Below, in pieces: positions 1 to 10,959 of a stretch of DNA of 64,000 bases. The DNA comes from Xylographa opegraphella (lineage: Eukaryota), in the NCBI GenBank assembly GCA_022813865.1, contig JALDZX010000043.1, positions 62,001-126,000 on the forward strand, read 5' to 3'. Made by a program: the position numbers and the translations under genes. Position 1 is the stretch's first letter; every line of letters begins with the position of its first letter. The notes below the pieces were generated by a model that was not told where the DNA came from, made no database searches, and saw only the letters and a program-made list of their open reading frames with translations.

Positions 1-656
1 TGCTGGTGCTTGTCGGTTGACGACGACGGGGCCATGCTGGAGGGGAAGGCGGGCGGGAGGTGGTGGTGGTGGTGGCGGTGGTGGTGTTCGGCGGAGGAGG
101 AGGACAGGCTGGGCGGCGGCCAGATGGAGGAGAGGCTGGAGGAGGAGGAGTGCGTGGTCGGGGTCGAGGGGCTGCTGAACTGGCGGAAGGGGGTCAGCGG
201 GCTTATGGTTATAGGGTCGTAGGCGGCCCAGATGTCATGATCGTGCTGCGACTGCTGCCAGCAGCTGCTGCTGGCGCCGTCAGCCGCGGTCGTTTCACCA
301 GTGGGGAAGTGTGTCATGGCCGAGGCAGCAGACGCGTCGGGGAGAAAGGCGTCGAAGATGGAGTGGGACGACGCGGCTGCTGGAGGTAGGTGCTGCTGGT
401 GGCGGTGGTGATGCTGGTGATGCTGGTGGTCCTGGTGTTGCTGTTGCTGCTGCTGCTGCTCGGCGCCGTTGAGCGTGACCCGGACGCCCATCTTCTCGCC
501 GTTCTTCCAACGTCCGCCGCGGTTGGAGATCCCGTAGTCGCACGCCGCTCCGGAGGCCAGGCAGCGACTGCAGATCGGGGACTTCCGGTTACACCGGACC
601 TTGGCCTTGCGGCAGGGGTCGCATGTTTGACGGAGCTTTTGCTTTTCGACGGGCAT
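1..656 (-). CDS. Zn(II)2Cys6 transcription factor, AflR-like N-terminus (3' part runs off the window)
   Basis: Manual translation from ATG at 656: MPVEKQKLRQTCDPCRKAKVRCNRKSPICSRCLASGAACDYGISNRGGR, a C-x2-C-x6-C-x6-C-x2-C-x6-C binuclear cluster. It is followed by poly-Gln/His and Ser-rich tracts, with no stop before base 1. Confidence 0.9.
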   Translation of the reverse strand, partial: MPVEKQKLRQTCDPCRKAKVRCNRKSPICSRCLASGAACDYGISNRGGRWKNGEKMGVRVTLNGAEQQQQQQQHQDHQHHQHHHRHQQHLPPAAASSHSIFDAFLPDASAASAMTHFPTGETTAADGASSSCWQQSQHDHDIWAAYDPITISPLTPFRQFSSPSTPTTHSSSSSLSSIWPPPSLSSSSAEHHHRHHHHHLPPAFPSSMAPSSSTDKHQ

Positions 657-2202
657 GGCCTCTTTTCACTCCGTCACTGTGATCTTCGGCGAAAGGGAGG
701 AAGGGGGGATGGGGGGTGAGAACTGAAGAGGCGCTGGTCAGAGCTTTTCGTTCTCGTGGTCGTTGTCCGAGAGTCCGTAAACGAGGGGGCAGAAAGGAAA
801 GGACCGACAGGAAGGTGAGGGTGGATCCGACGGACTTATCATCCAGAGTGGCCCGGCCGCTGTGGTCGTGGTTTGAGCGATGTCGACCTCATTATTAGGG
901 ATGTAGGTTCACCAGTGCGTGGTATGGATCTACCTATGGATAGGTCCATTCTGCACGACCTTGCGAGATGGTGCAGGGCTGGCGATGCTAGCCTGGGTCT
1001 TGAAGTCATGCAGTTCCTGTCCAGATACAGTTTCCAAGGGATGGTGCTGTAGGACGAATCGATTTGGCGAGCGAGAAAGTTCTTCTTAGGCGGCATTCGT
1101 TTGCTCAGCAGAGATATCTGGAAGAGCCCGGCAAAGTAAGGACGGTCCACGTCACGCCACCCAACGAGAGCCAGTCCAGTGCGGTATGAAACAGCCGTAT
1201 TCACAGCTGCCATTGGCTCCCACCGACTGATCCGCATTGGAGTGGAGAGCTTCTTAGGCTGGGGCCGAGAGGGAGCTTTCGATCAGTTCCCACAGCGGAA
1301 GTGAGGGACCTGTCCCTGGGCGAGTTGCTTAGCTCGGCGGATAAGGAAGTGGCTACCAAGTATAGAATCAAAATAGAGTACGAAGGTTCGCATGACGGCT
1401 ACGGTAAAGCATACCGGTGACAGAGGCAGCGTCCGGAGATGAAGCAAAGTTGCTTTTCATGACGCGACACGATTCGACAGTACGGGCTGCAGCGGCAATA
1501 TGATGACTGAGATCGCAAGGATAACCGCTGTAACAAACGATAAGGGACATGCCAGAAAAGAAGCATCACACATTGCGTCAACGACGGCCTCCCTCATGCA
1601 GCAAACCGTTCGCCGAAAGTATGAAAAGCTTCCACTCAGAGATCCGAGAAGGCCGCTTCTTTCGCTATCCAGCCAAAGTTCAGGTGCTCGCGTCTCGAAG
1701 CCTCACACCGCCACTACGGAGCGGTGCCACGTCGATCATCGGTCCATGCGCTCCAGCCTGGGGCTGAGGACGAGGTGGAGGTTGCAGTCCTGGTCGGAGG
1801 CATTTCCGCATCTCCTTCTCGTCGGGGCTCGACAGCAGTCGGAAGTCGCACCGAAAGCAAACCCCGACTGCCGGCCTTTATCCAGAGATCTGTATCCAAA
1901 CGACACTCCCACTCGCACCTTTTACTGGCCGACGCCCGATGGGCAGAGGTGCTGTGTCACGACGTGGACGTGGACGTTGCACGAATCATAAGCCGGCATT
2001 GGAAGATTGTGTGGAAATGGGTCGCTTACGGGGCGAGGTTTCGAAGGGGGCGAGAAGACGAAAGAAAAGAACCGGGTTCGTGCATCATGGATCGGCAGCT
2101 AGCCGTTCAGCAAAAAGCCTGATTCAAGCTCCATTCAGGTACCCTAATACTGCAATGATACGCCCAGCTCATATTATCAGATGCCCTCCACGGACCGACC
2201 AC

Positions 2203-2898
2203 TCAGTGCTCAGCCTTCAACTGGACGAAGATCTTATCGAAGTTATGCTCATTCCAGTACACCTGCGGACACAACCCCGACAACTTCCACACCCCGTCCA
2301 CCTTCCGGTACCAATGCTTGATGAACGAGTGCCCGTGACCCCGATTCTCCACCGTCAACCGGTCAGGCCCAGTGTAGCGCTGGTGGGCTGCTCGGATCTG
2401 GTGGTGGCCAATGACCTCGGTGTCAGACACGCGCTCATATTTGCTGGCCCCCATCAAATGCTGCGTGCGAACCAACGGGTCGCCGAGGAATTTGGGCGAG
2501 CTCATCATGGCCACGAACTCGCTCATGGGCATATTTTCGATGCGGGAGTGACCGACGATGCTGTAGTCCACCTGTTGCGGACGTCAGAGTGAGAAACGAA
2601 ACATCAACGATGAAGCGTGCCAGAAGCTCAGGCGCCAAAATCTTCTCCAGCCTTTGCCAATCCTGTTGGAGTCAGTTGCTGGCTTGGGCCCCAGGTGTCG
2701 ACCTCAACTCGCCTTGTTGTCATAACTATCGGCCCACTCGAAGCGCACCTCCGTAATGGCCAGGTAGTCTGCTCGTTTTTAGCACGTATAGAGCATCATT
2801 CATAAAAAACCGAAACCTTCGAAAGATATTTTTTGGGGCGTCTCTTTAACGCTTCCTGCTGGTACGGTGGAGGCTTTGCGTGAAAAGAGTGAAAACAT
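2203..2898 (-). CDS. arp1: Scytalone dehydratase (Arp1/Scd1 family), 4 exons, about 182 aa
   Basis: Exons 2898-2817, 2768-2713, 2662-2621 and 2571-2203 give ...[40 protein letters not shown]...FLGDPLVRTQHLMGAS...HQIRAAHQRY...HWYRKVDGVWKLSGL, the family signature motifs. Introns 2 and 3 are GC-AG. Confidence 0.93.
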
Positions 2899-3625
2899 GG
2901 TCAAGGCCCACTACGTTCTACAGTGCTGAATGATGAAAGTCAGCAAAACATATAGGCCGGTGTTTTAGGCATTTCTTGTACACGTGGCTAAACCGGCAAA
3001 GCCAACCGGTTTCCGGTCTCTGCTTGATCTGAATCATACAGCGGAGAATCGGTGTTCGGTGTCTATAACGCTATTATTTGTTCTGCAGTGAAAGGTGGAA
3101 CGTGGTACAGCTGGCGACGGTGCGACAAAGTACTGACCCAGTATCCGGAACGCCGAGATCGTAAATTGACCGTAGATTGCGCAAGGCCTTGACCTAGTTC
3201 ATAATTGACGTTTATGCACGAGATAATTAGTATCCGAAGCACGCGCCTCGAATACTAGGATCGTCGAGACGGATGATATTGGAAGTGCCTCCGACTCGCG
3301 GAAGCGCTAGCAAGGCTACCTGCACCATGCGAGATCTATCTGCACCGATCGGCAACTGAGAAACACGTTAGCCTGTTGAGATAATGCCTGCTGAGTTGCT
3401 GCCGAGACCTGCCTTTCGTTTGTCGTACAATGCGCATCATTTACGGGACTCGTCTGCAGGGCCCACACGATCGGTCTCGATGCTTCGGCAAACAAAATAA
3501 TTGTGGAATCCGTTCACGGGGAGCATTACCTCGACACGGAAATCGAGGAAGCCATCATTCTTCTATTAAGTACGCAGTCATGGAGGTTGTCTTCACAACA
3601 GAAAACGGACAGAGTTCATTCCAAA

Positions 3626-4766
3626 ATGGCAGCTAAGAACGCAACAACAGTCGTCGACGATGCAATCGCGGTCAATGGAATCCCCGACAGCAGTACCCCT
3701 GACGCCGCGAGCACCAATGGAACGCATCAAAGCACAGAGGTAAAGAAGCCAGAGATGAAAGAGCCTGAAGTCCAGGAGCTAGAGCCGAAGCAGCCAGAAG
3801 CACGGAAAGAGCCAGAAGTGGAGGAGGAATCAGCGATCCCGGCAGCAAAGGAATTCAATGGAACCTCTCGCTCCAACGGTACTGATCACACAGCCACGAA
3901 CGGAACAGCGGCCGCGGCTCCACCGTACCACCCACTTCAGGGTAAAGTCGCGCTGGTGACAGGATCGGGCCGGGGAATAGGCGCTGGCATCGCCATGGAG
4001 TTGGCCAAGAAGGGGGCTTCAGTGGTCATTCATTATGCAAGTAGTGCCAGTGCAGCGGCGGAAGTGGTCAAGGACATTGAGGCTACGGGGGTGAAGGCGG
4101 TTGCGATCAAAGCTGAACTGACGAAGCTCGACGAGATTGAGAGTCTTTTCGAACAAGCCGTGGCTCATTTTGGCCGCTTGGATATCGTGGCGTCCAACTC
4201 GGGCAAGGAAATGTTCGTGCCCTTGGCGCAGACGACGCTGGAGGACTACAACGAAATCTTCGACCTCAACACGCGCGCGCAGTTCTTCGTCGCCAAAGCC
4301 GCGTTCCAGCACCTCTCGCCCGGCGGCCGGCTGATCCTGATGTCTTCCATCGCGGCGGGGATCGGTGTGCCTGGGCACTCACTCTACGCTGGCAGCAAGT
4401 CCGCAGTGGAGGGGTTCACGCGTTGTTTCGCCGCGGACTTTGGATCCAAAGGATGCACGGTGAATGCGATCGCGCCTGCCGGTGTCAAGAGTGACATGTG
4501 GAGCCAGAACTCGTGGCGGTATGCGCCCGGCTGCGACAAGACGTCGTCGATTGAGCAGGTCGAGGAGGCCCTGGCGAATGGCAGCCCACTGAAGCGGTGT
4601 GCGGTGCCAGCGGATATCGGTCGTGTGGTGGCCTTTTTGGCTAGTCCGGAAGGCGAATGGGTCAACGGTAGGATCGACGTGTACCAAAATCCCACCACTC
4701 AGTCACGACGCTAACGGTGCTGTTTCAGGTCAAATCATCCCATTGAACGGAGGCGCGAGAGTCTGA
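3626..4766 (+). CDS. arp2: Short-chain dehydrogenase, hydroxynaphthalene (T4HN/T3HN) reductase family, Arp2-like
   Basis: GKVALVTGSGRGIG Rossmann motif, YAGSK catalytic motif, and TVNAIAPAGVKSDMW typical of THN reductases/Ver-1. GT-AG intron 4668-4728, last exon GQIIPLNGGARV*. Divergent from the dehydratase. Confidence 0.88.
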
Positions 4767-4879
4767 TTCGGGCGGTAGATAGGCGAGGGTGTCAGTTGTT
4801 GTTTACGGCAAGAGGTATCGTCAAGTATTATCGGTAGCAGGTGCAAAGATGATGGAGAAGTCGATGGTTTCGTGGCCTG

Positions 4880-4990
4880 ATGAATGATGGATGATGGATG
4901 ATGGATGATGGACTGGTTGAAGCCTTGAGAGTGAGTGTGAGAGTGTGAGTGTGAGAGTGTGAGTGTGAGAGTGAGTGTGAGAGTGAGTGT
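4880..4990. repeat. Microsatellites (GATG-like, then GAGTGT/GAGT-like) downstream of the reductase
   Basis: gatggatgatggatgatgg at about 4886-4910 and repeated gagtgt/gagagtgt units at about 4927-4990. Confidence 0.85.
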
Positions 4991-5792
4991 GGATGGCGTT
5001 GCAGGGGGAAAGATCGTGGATCAATCTAATCTAGGACTAGGCGAGGCTTTAGTCTGCAAAGGGAGTAGCTCTATTGATAGCCGAAGCAGATGAACGCACA
5101 CACATACACAGAGTCTGCCTATTGTTCAACGTTACACAAGACAAAGTATCCAGGAGCTCTTTCCTCTTTCAACTCTCTGTACATTATTGCACGAACATAC
5201 GAGGCGACCCCGCCACGGTCCCTATAGATACACGGATTGTGCCGATCTACTCAGATCTGGCTCAAGATATACCCTGTGCCCCATCTGCAAGCATTGAGAC
5301 TCGTTCACTTCGAAAAGACTTCCCCGAGGCAAGCTGAACCACAACCTCTCCTCCCCTCCCTCCCTCCTGCCTCGTCAATATCCAACAAGCCCCTCACCAG
5401 CCACTTCCATGAACAGCAGAACCTATACAAGCACTTCCCTTGACCCCCCTACGACGTAGAAATTTCTGTTACAGGCACTCCAACCCGAATATAAGCAGAC
5501 CAAATCGCGGGACTGCGCCGGCGGGCAAGCCACCATCCACATGTAGCCATTCTTCCTGGATCTCGATTACTGGAGTACCAAGGCTCAAGAGGTCGACAGG
5601 AAGTGGGCGGGAGCCATTTGAAGACAGTCCGACGAGCACACGACCAAGGTCACCAGTCATGTACTTAGGCAGGTCCAGTCAAAATGATTGATCGATCTGA
5701 TTAGATTACAAGCCAAGAATGCTCCGGTCCCACAAATACAATATGACTGCTGATGATTCGCGATCTATATACACCCTAACAATGCCTTATTC

Positions 5793-7709
5793 TTACAAGC
5801 CGATCGAAGTATTATAGTCCGGGTACCCGTACTGCACCGCCGAGAAATTAAATCCCGGCGGAGGAGCGCCGGGGGGGTATGTCGCACTGCCGGCGTGTCA
5901 GTATCGATCGCCCCGAGCCGACGAACGCGAATTACATACCCGTACATCGCCAGCGGCACCGTCGTCGCAGCGCCGGTCAAGTTGAGCGGATTGCGCAAGT
6001 TCCCGGCAGCGTTGCCCGAGGCCGGGAGCGGGTAGCTCTTGCAGTTGGCGAGGGCGTCATGCGGGAGGCGCATGTTGCCGAGGTGGTCGGGGGCTTCAAT
6101 CATGGTGGCCATGAGGCCGGAGTTGACGTGCCATTCGATGTGGCAGTGGAAGAGCCACACGCGTGGTACTGGTCAGCAACGGTGTAGGAAGCAGGAAGCG
6201 AGGCAGGGAGGGAGAGACATATCTGGGTTATCCGCACGGAAGCGCATCACCATGTACCCGCCGTTCTGAACCATGATTGTGTCGCGCATGATCGGCGTCC
6301 TCGAAAAGTTCCCGTACGTACCGTTGAAGTATCCGGCGTTTGGCGCCGTTCTCTCCAACACCTGGAACTTGTGGCCGTGGAGATGGAACGGATGGAGGTT
6401 GTTGTGGTAGTCGTTGACGACAATCTCCACAACCTCGTTGTGTTTGAGGACGAAGGGGTTGACCGACCCGTAAACCAGCGGGTTGGACGAATACTTGTCC
6501 CCCACACTCAGAGCAGTGTAGAGCGACGGCACTTTCTGCTGAAGGTACGTCCCACCATTGATTGTGAGCCTTGAAATGCCGTTGATCGCGCCAGCATTGA
6601 CATCCATGATGATTTGATGGTCAACCGGTTCGAGAACTGGTGTGAGATCGTATGGCACAAAGCTAACGTCGTCGACGAAATCAAACCCGTAGATTGTTGG
6701 TGGATCTGGGAGTGGCGCCGATTCATTGTAAACAAGCCATGCAGTGACGTTGGGATTGAAGTTGGCAGGAGGGTCTCGGCCCTCATCGAAGAACATCATG
6801 TTGATATCCATAGTGTCCCAGAAAGCATAGTTCCTACTCGCGTCGTTTTTCGTTGTAATCAAAACACTCATCCGCTGCCCGGTGGCAATACGAACATTCT
6901 TATTGCCGACATCGACCTTTTGCGTGTAGACGCCATCAACTTCAACAACCGTCATATTGTGATCGTCAAACAGGAACGCATGACCCGGAAAGTTGCCAAC
7001 ACAGATAATGTGGACAAGGTAAGTCTTGCCTGGCTCGACTTTGAAGATAGTGTTGGTCGCACCATTGACTAAAGCGGAATCAGGGGTTGGTTCGTCTCCT
7101 GAATTACCAGCCTCGTTCTTCGTGGATTCGTACACCGCCAACAGATCAGGTATCTGTTCATGGTACCAATCTGTCAGGGTAATAGTAAATTCTCCATCTA
7201 CCTCCTTCGCGTAAGGAAATTTCGGATCGTGAACAATGAGAGGTCCCCAAAGCCCGTCTGGATATTGACCGAGATTGTGCGAATGATACCAATAGGAGCC
7301 AACTTGGTCGATCTACAACAACGGCATTAGGTGGGTCGGATGATCGCTTTCCGAGTGGTACACTTACAACGAAATCATAGGTCAAACTGTGTCCTGGCGG
7401 GATGGGGCATTGAGTAACACCCGTCGTCCCGTCCATATAGCCAGTACCATTTTGGTACATTCCATGCCAGTGAATCCCAGTTGATTGATTTCCAAGTCCA
7501 TTGTAAACTTCGACAACGAGCCGATCACCGGTTTCGACATCGATCTGAGGGCACGGCCACTGCCCGTTGATTCCAATGACGGGTCGCGCAAACCCATCAG
7601 GCGCTGCAGTTACCCATGAGACGTCCCACTTGTAATTGACAGTTTTGGACAACGCAAGTTGCGCAAAAGCAAAAGCAAAAGCAAAAATGAGTATGAGAAC
7701 GCGAGTCAT
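5793..7709 (-). CDS. abr1: Secreted multicopper oxidase, Abr1/Fet3-like, 4 exons, about 582 aa
   Basis: Signal peptide MTRVLILIFAFAFAFAQLALS; copper motifs HWHG, WYHSH, HPFHLHGH and HCHIEWHVNSGL (Leu at the axial position, as in Fet3/Abr1). Exons 7709-7368, 7312-6223, 6162-5940, 5886-5793. No C-terminal transmembrane helix evident. Confidence 0.88.
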
Positions 7710-8942
7710 GGCCACGAGTTATTGGAGACGCTGCTCGAACGTACTAGCACAAACGAATGGAGGATGCTGTCTGTGGTGAGAACTAGAGAATGAAGAGCAC
7801 ATTTGGAGGCTCTTATGAGGCAAAGGTGAATGCCTGCTGCCGAGGGTGGCGTGCATGCATCTGACCTGATTTCGGGGAAGCAGGCACGTCCAGGTGCAGC
7901 GATGACCACAATCTCTCCAAGGAGGTCCCCGAAGCTCCAAAGCAGCCGGTCAGCTAGATTTGTCAGTACCGTAGACTTACCCCCTGAGTGCCTTGGATTC
8001 AGGATTTGCCGGATCCGGATCTAAGGCTGTACCGAGATGGAAGCGCAGTGACACGGGAAACGAGTGATGGGTACACGGCGAGCGTAGCTGCATACTGACT
8101 ACAAGCACGAACACGAGGATATCCGGGATCCTGCATTGGATCTGGAGTCTAGGAAAGAAAGATCTCGGTGTGTAACTGCAAGTCTCGGCGACCATACCGG
8201 CCCTGCAGAGCGCGTCAAAGTAAAACACTTCTCGGAAACCAATGTAGTCACATCAAGACTGGACTTGCACTGATCATCACATTCGATGAGGATCTTACCA
8301 GGCTGATCGGGACTGTGGCAGCCGGGGCAGGACACATTCCGGATGATCGTTTTGCTCAACGTCCAAAGAAGGTGGTGGAGAAAGACACTCGTCCTAACTG
8401 GACTAGCCCGATATGTGGCAACCGAGGCCGCCAGCGAACAATACCTAATCTGGCTGGACATTATTACATCTGCAATCAACCAGATGTACACATTGTCTTT
8501 ATGTCTCTGAGCTCTGTCACCGAAATTGTGAATAGGAACGGGATTCTACGGTTCTGGTCCCGTAGTCCTGAGCCCGCTACGGTCCAAGGCTCGCTAGATC
8601 TACCAGGGGCCGTAAACAGACCAGACCAAATGTATTGTCGTCGACGGTGTTGGCTTCAGACACGCAACTATAGGTGTGCAACGTGAACATTTTCACACCA
8701 CATACCGTTGATTTGGGTCGATCTGGTAAATCAAGTCCGCATGGCTACGAATTTGTTTCAAAGCATTTCGTATCAAGTGAGCACACATGATACAGCTGGT
8801 TGAATTGTAAATCGTAAATCACACTCTATCGAACATCTCTAGTTGTTACCTATATTACCAAATCTTCGCAGAACTATGTAGGTATCAATATATGTATATT
8901 ATGATTCGTGATGCGCAACACTCCGCACTGTGGTGAGGCAGA

Positions 8943-10959
8943 TCATAATCCATTTCCATGCAAGTACTGTGCAGGAACCTCCGGCCACACGTCAACCCCA
9001 TCCATGATTGTCAAGGCCATCCCACCCGACAGATGAGTCTGGATATGGCAATGTAGGAAGAACGCTCCCGGGTTCTGCACAAAGTACCGGACAGCTATCC
9101 AGGCCGGTCCGAACAGAATGGCTGGGGTCACAAAGCTGTCTCGCAAGGATGCTGTCTCTAGATTGAAGCTCTGAGGGATGTGTTCCATTGCCTCGACCAC
9201 CGAAGAATAATTGAAGACACCAGTACCGCTTCCAATGAGATACGCTTTGTTGGAGTGCTTATGTACTGGATGTGGAGGTTGTGCCGGGTTCTCTGGTGCA
9301 ACGTTCACTTGCATGATGATATCTACCCAAGTGTTGTTTCGTGTTCGAATCGTGTCACTTGGATTCAGTGCATCGGCGGAGTCAGGATTGAACAATAGCG
9401 GAGCATTATCGTCTTGAGTGAGATTGTAGGCTGTTCTGTTGTTCATGCTCCATTTCCAATTAGCACCAAAGCGACCGAGATTGAGCACATATGTTGCATC
9501 AGCGATGGCTGCTGGAGGCGGTTGATTGTAGGGTACCAACAGGGTTTGGTCCAATGCTTGGACTGAAGTGGAGACATTATTACCGCCATAATCGATGTAC
9601 GGAATCGATCCGTTGGTATATATGCCATTCTTGTAGGACAGTGTCGCAAACCCGGAAATCAGCTGATCCGGAAGGTTGTTCGCAACACGGATAGTATAGT
9701 CACCAGGGGTCTCGTTCAATCTGAGCATCGCAGAATAACGCTCTCCGTTGTACACGAAAATGGTGTCGGCGAGTTGGGGTTTGATGTAAACGCCATCAAC
9801 TGCATACACCCACATAGGATGTTGGTCGACAGAGACCACGACTGCCTTGGAACTTGCTGCACTGATGAAGTTCAGGCTTACCCACTCGTGAGAAGCATCA
9901 ACTTCTATCGTTTCACTGCTGCCACTCGTTGGCACACAGCCGGACTGCAGACCAGGAGGTAACTTGGATGTATCGGTATTGTTGAAATCTCCCTCGGTAA
10001 AAGCTGCTCGATTCAGAGGAGTACATCTGCAACCTTATTAGCACGCATGAAGTGACGCTAACGACTTTAGGACGCTGACCCTTTGTCAGTCACCGTTAAA
10101 TTTGCCGCCATCAATAGGTGTCCAAGATTCGGATTGACCAAGCTATTGAGTAGCGACTGCGGCTGACAGTTGACAGCTCCCTTCCCATTAACAAGTATGC
10201 TATCCACACAACTATAGGCAGAATATCAGCGATAATTCCGAGTCATAACCAATAGAAACACGGACAAAAGATCCAGGTTAGAAGCCTGTTCTGCAGCTGT
10301 ATATTGTGCGGAGGTAAATTTGTCCCAATCCGAGATCAGAACAACATTGGGATTCGCCTCGGCTCGTTTCATAGCTGCGACACTCTTAAAGTCACTGTCG
10401 ATCGTACTAAACGGCGAAGGTTCAGATGAGGCTGGCCTTTGATTGATCAGCGTGAGCATCTTCGCGTGCATATTGTGACCTCAGTACCGGATAACTATGG
10501 CGCCATAGAGACCATCTGAAACAAGGCCCTGGACATGCCCATGATACCAATATGTACCGTATTGAGTGGCGCTCCATCTATACACAAATGTCCCGCCCGG
10601 TTGAACGGGCTTTTGCGAGATACCAGGAACGCCATCGGACCAGGGAGTACCCAACTGCTCAATCCCGTGGAAATGAACAGTAGCCTCGGTTGGAAGATTG
10701 TTATATACAACGACCTGAAAGGCTGATAAGCCAAGCTCGAAACAGATAGCTGCGCTTGACGAACCTCGACATCATCTCCATAATCCAGGTTGAGCTGTGG
10801 CCCCGGAAATTGACCATTCATGAGAACCATTTGTCTCGCATTGCCATCCGGAGAATAGGTCTCCCATGTTAGGTCGAGTTTGAACTGTACAAACCGGCCA
10901 AGCGATAGAGTTGCATGCAACACCAAAATGAAAAGCGTTAGCATCATGTCGAAGTACAT
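8943..10959 (-). CDS. abr2: Secreted laccase-like multicopper oxidase, Abr2-like (fungal pigment MCO), 5 exons
   Basis: Hydrophobic N-terminus, then LTWETYSPDGNARQMVLMNGQFPGP; copper motifs HFHG, WYHGH, HPVHKHSN and HCHIQTHLSGGM; four GT-AG introns. Start may be ATG 10959, 10947 or 10944. Confidence 0.88.

Noticed and set aside
1822..1832. AflR-type palindrome TCG-N5-CGA between the TF and the dehydratase
   Set aside because: Single occurrence, not seen in the dehydratase-reductase divergent promoter, and expected by chance about once per 4 kb.
700..2200. Several 100-217 aa ORFs between the TF and the dehydratase
   Set aside because: Overlapping frames, Arg/Ser-rich composition and no domain or splice pattern; likely promoter and terminator sequence.
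2981..2986. E-box CACGTG in the dehydratase-reductase promoter
   Set aside because: One hexamer is not distinguishable from chance without conservation data.
4767..5792. Possible ayg1 remnant between the reductase and abr1
   Set aside because: Only short ORFs with no hydrolase-like motif and microsatellites; consistent with two convergent 3' regions.
6163..6222. Classifying the AT-AC intron as U12-type
   Set aside because: It lacks the U12 donor ATATCCTT and the TCCTTAAC branch sequence; its signals are U2-like.
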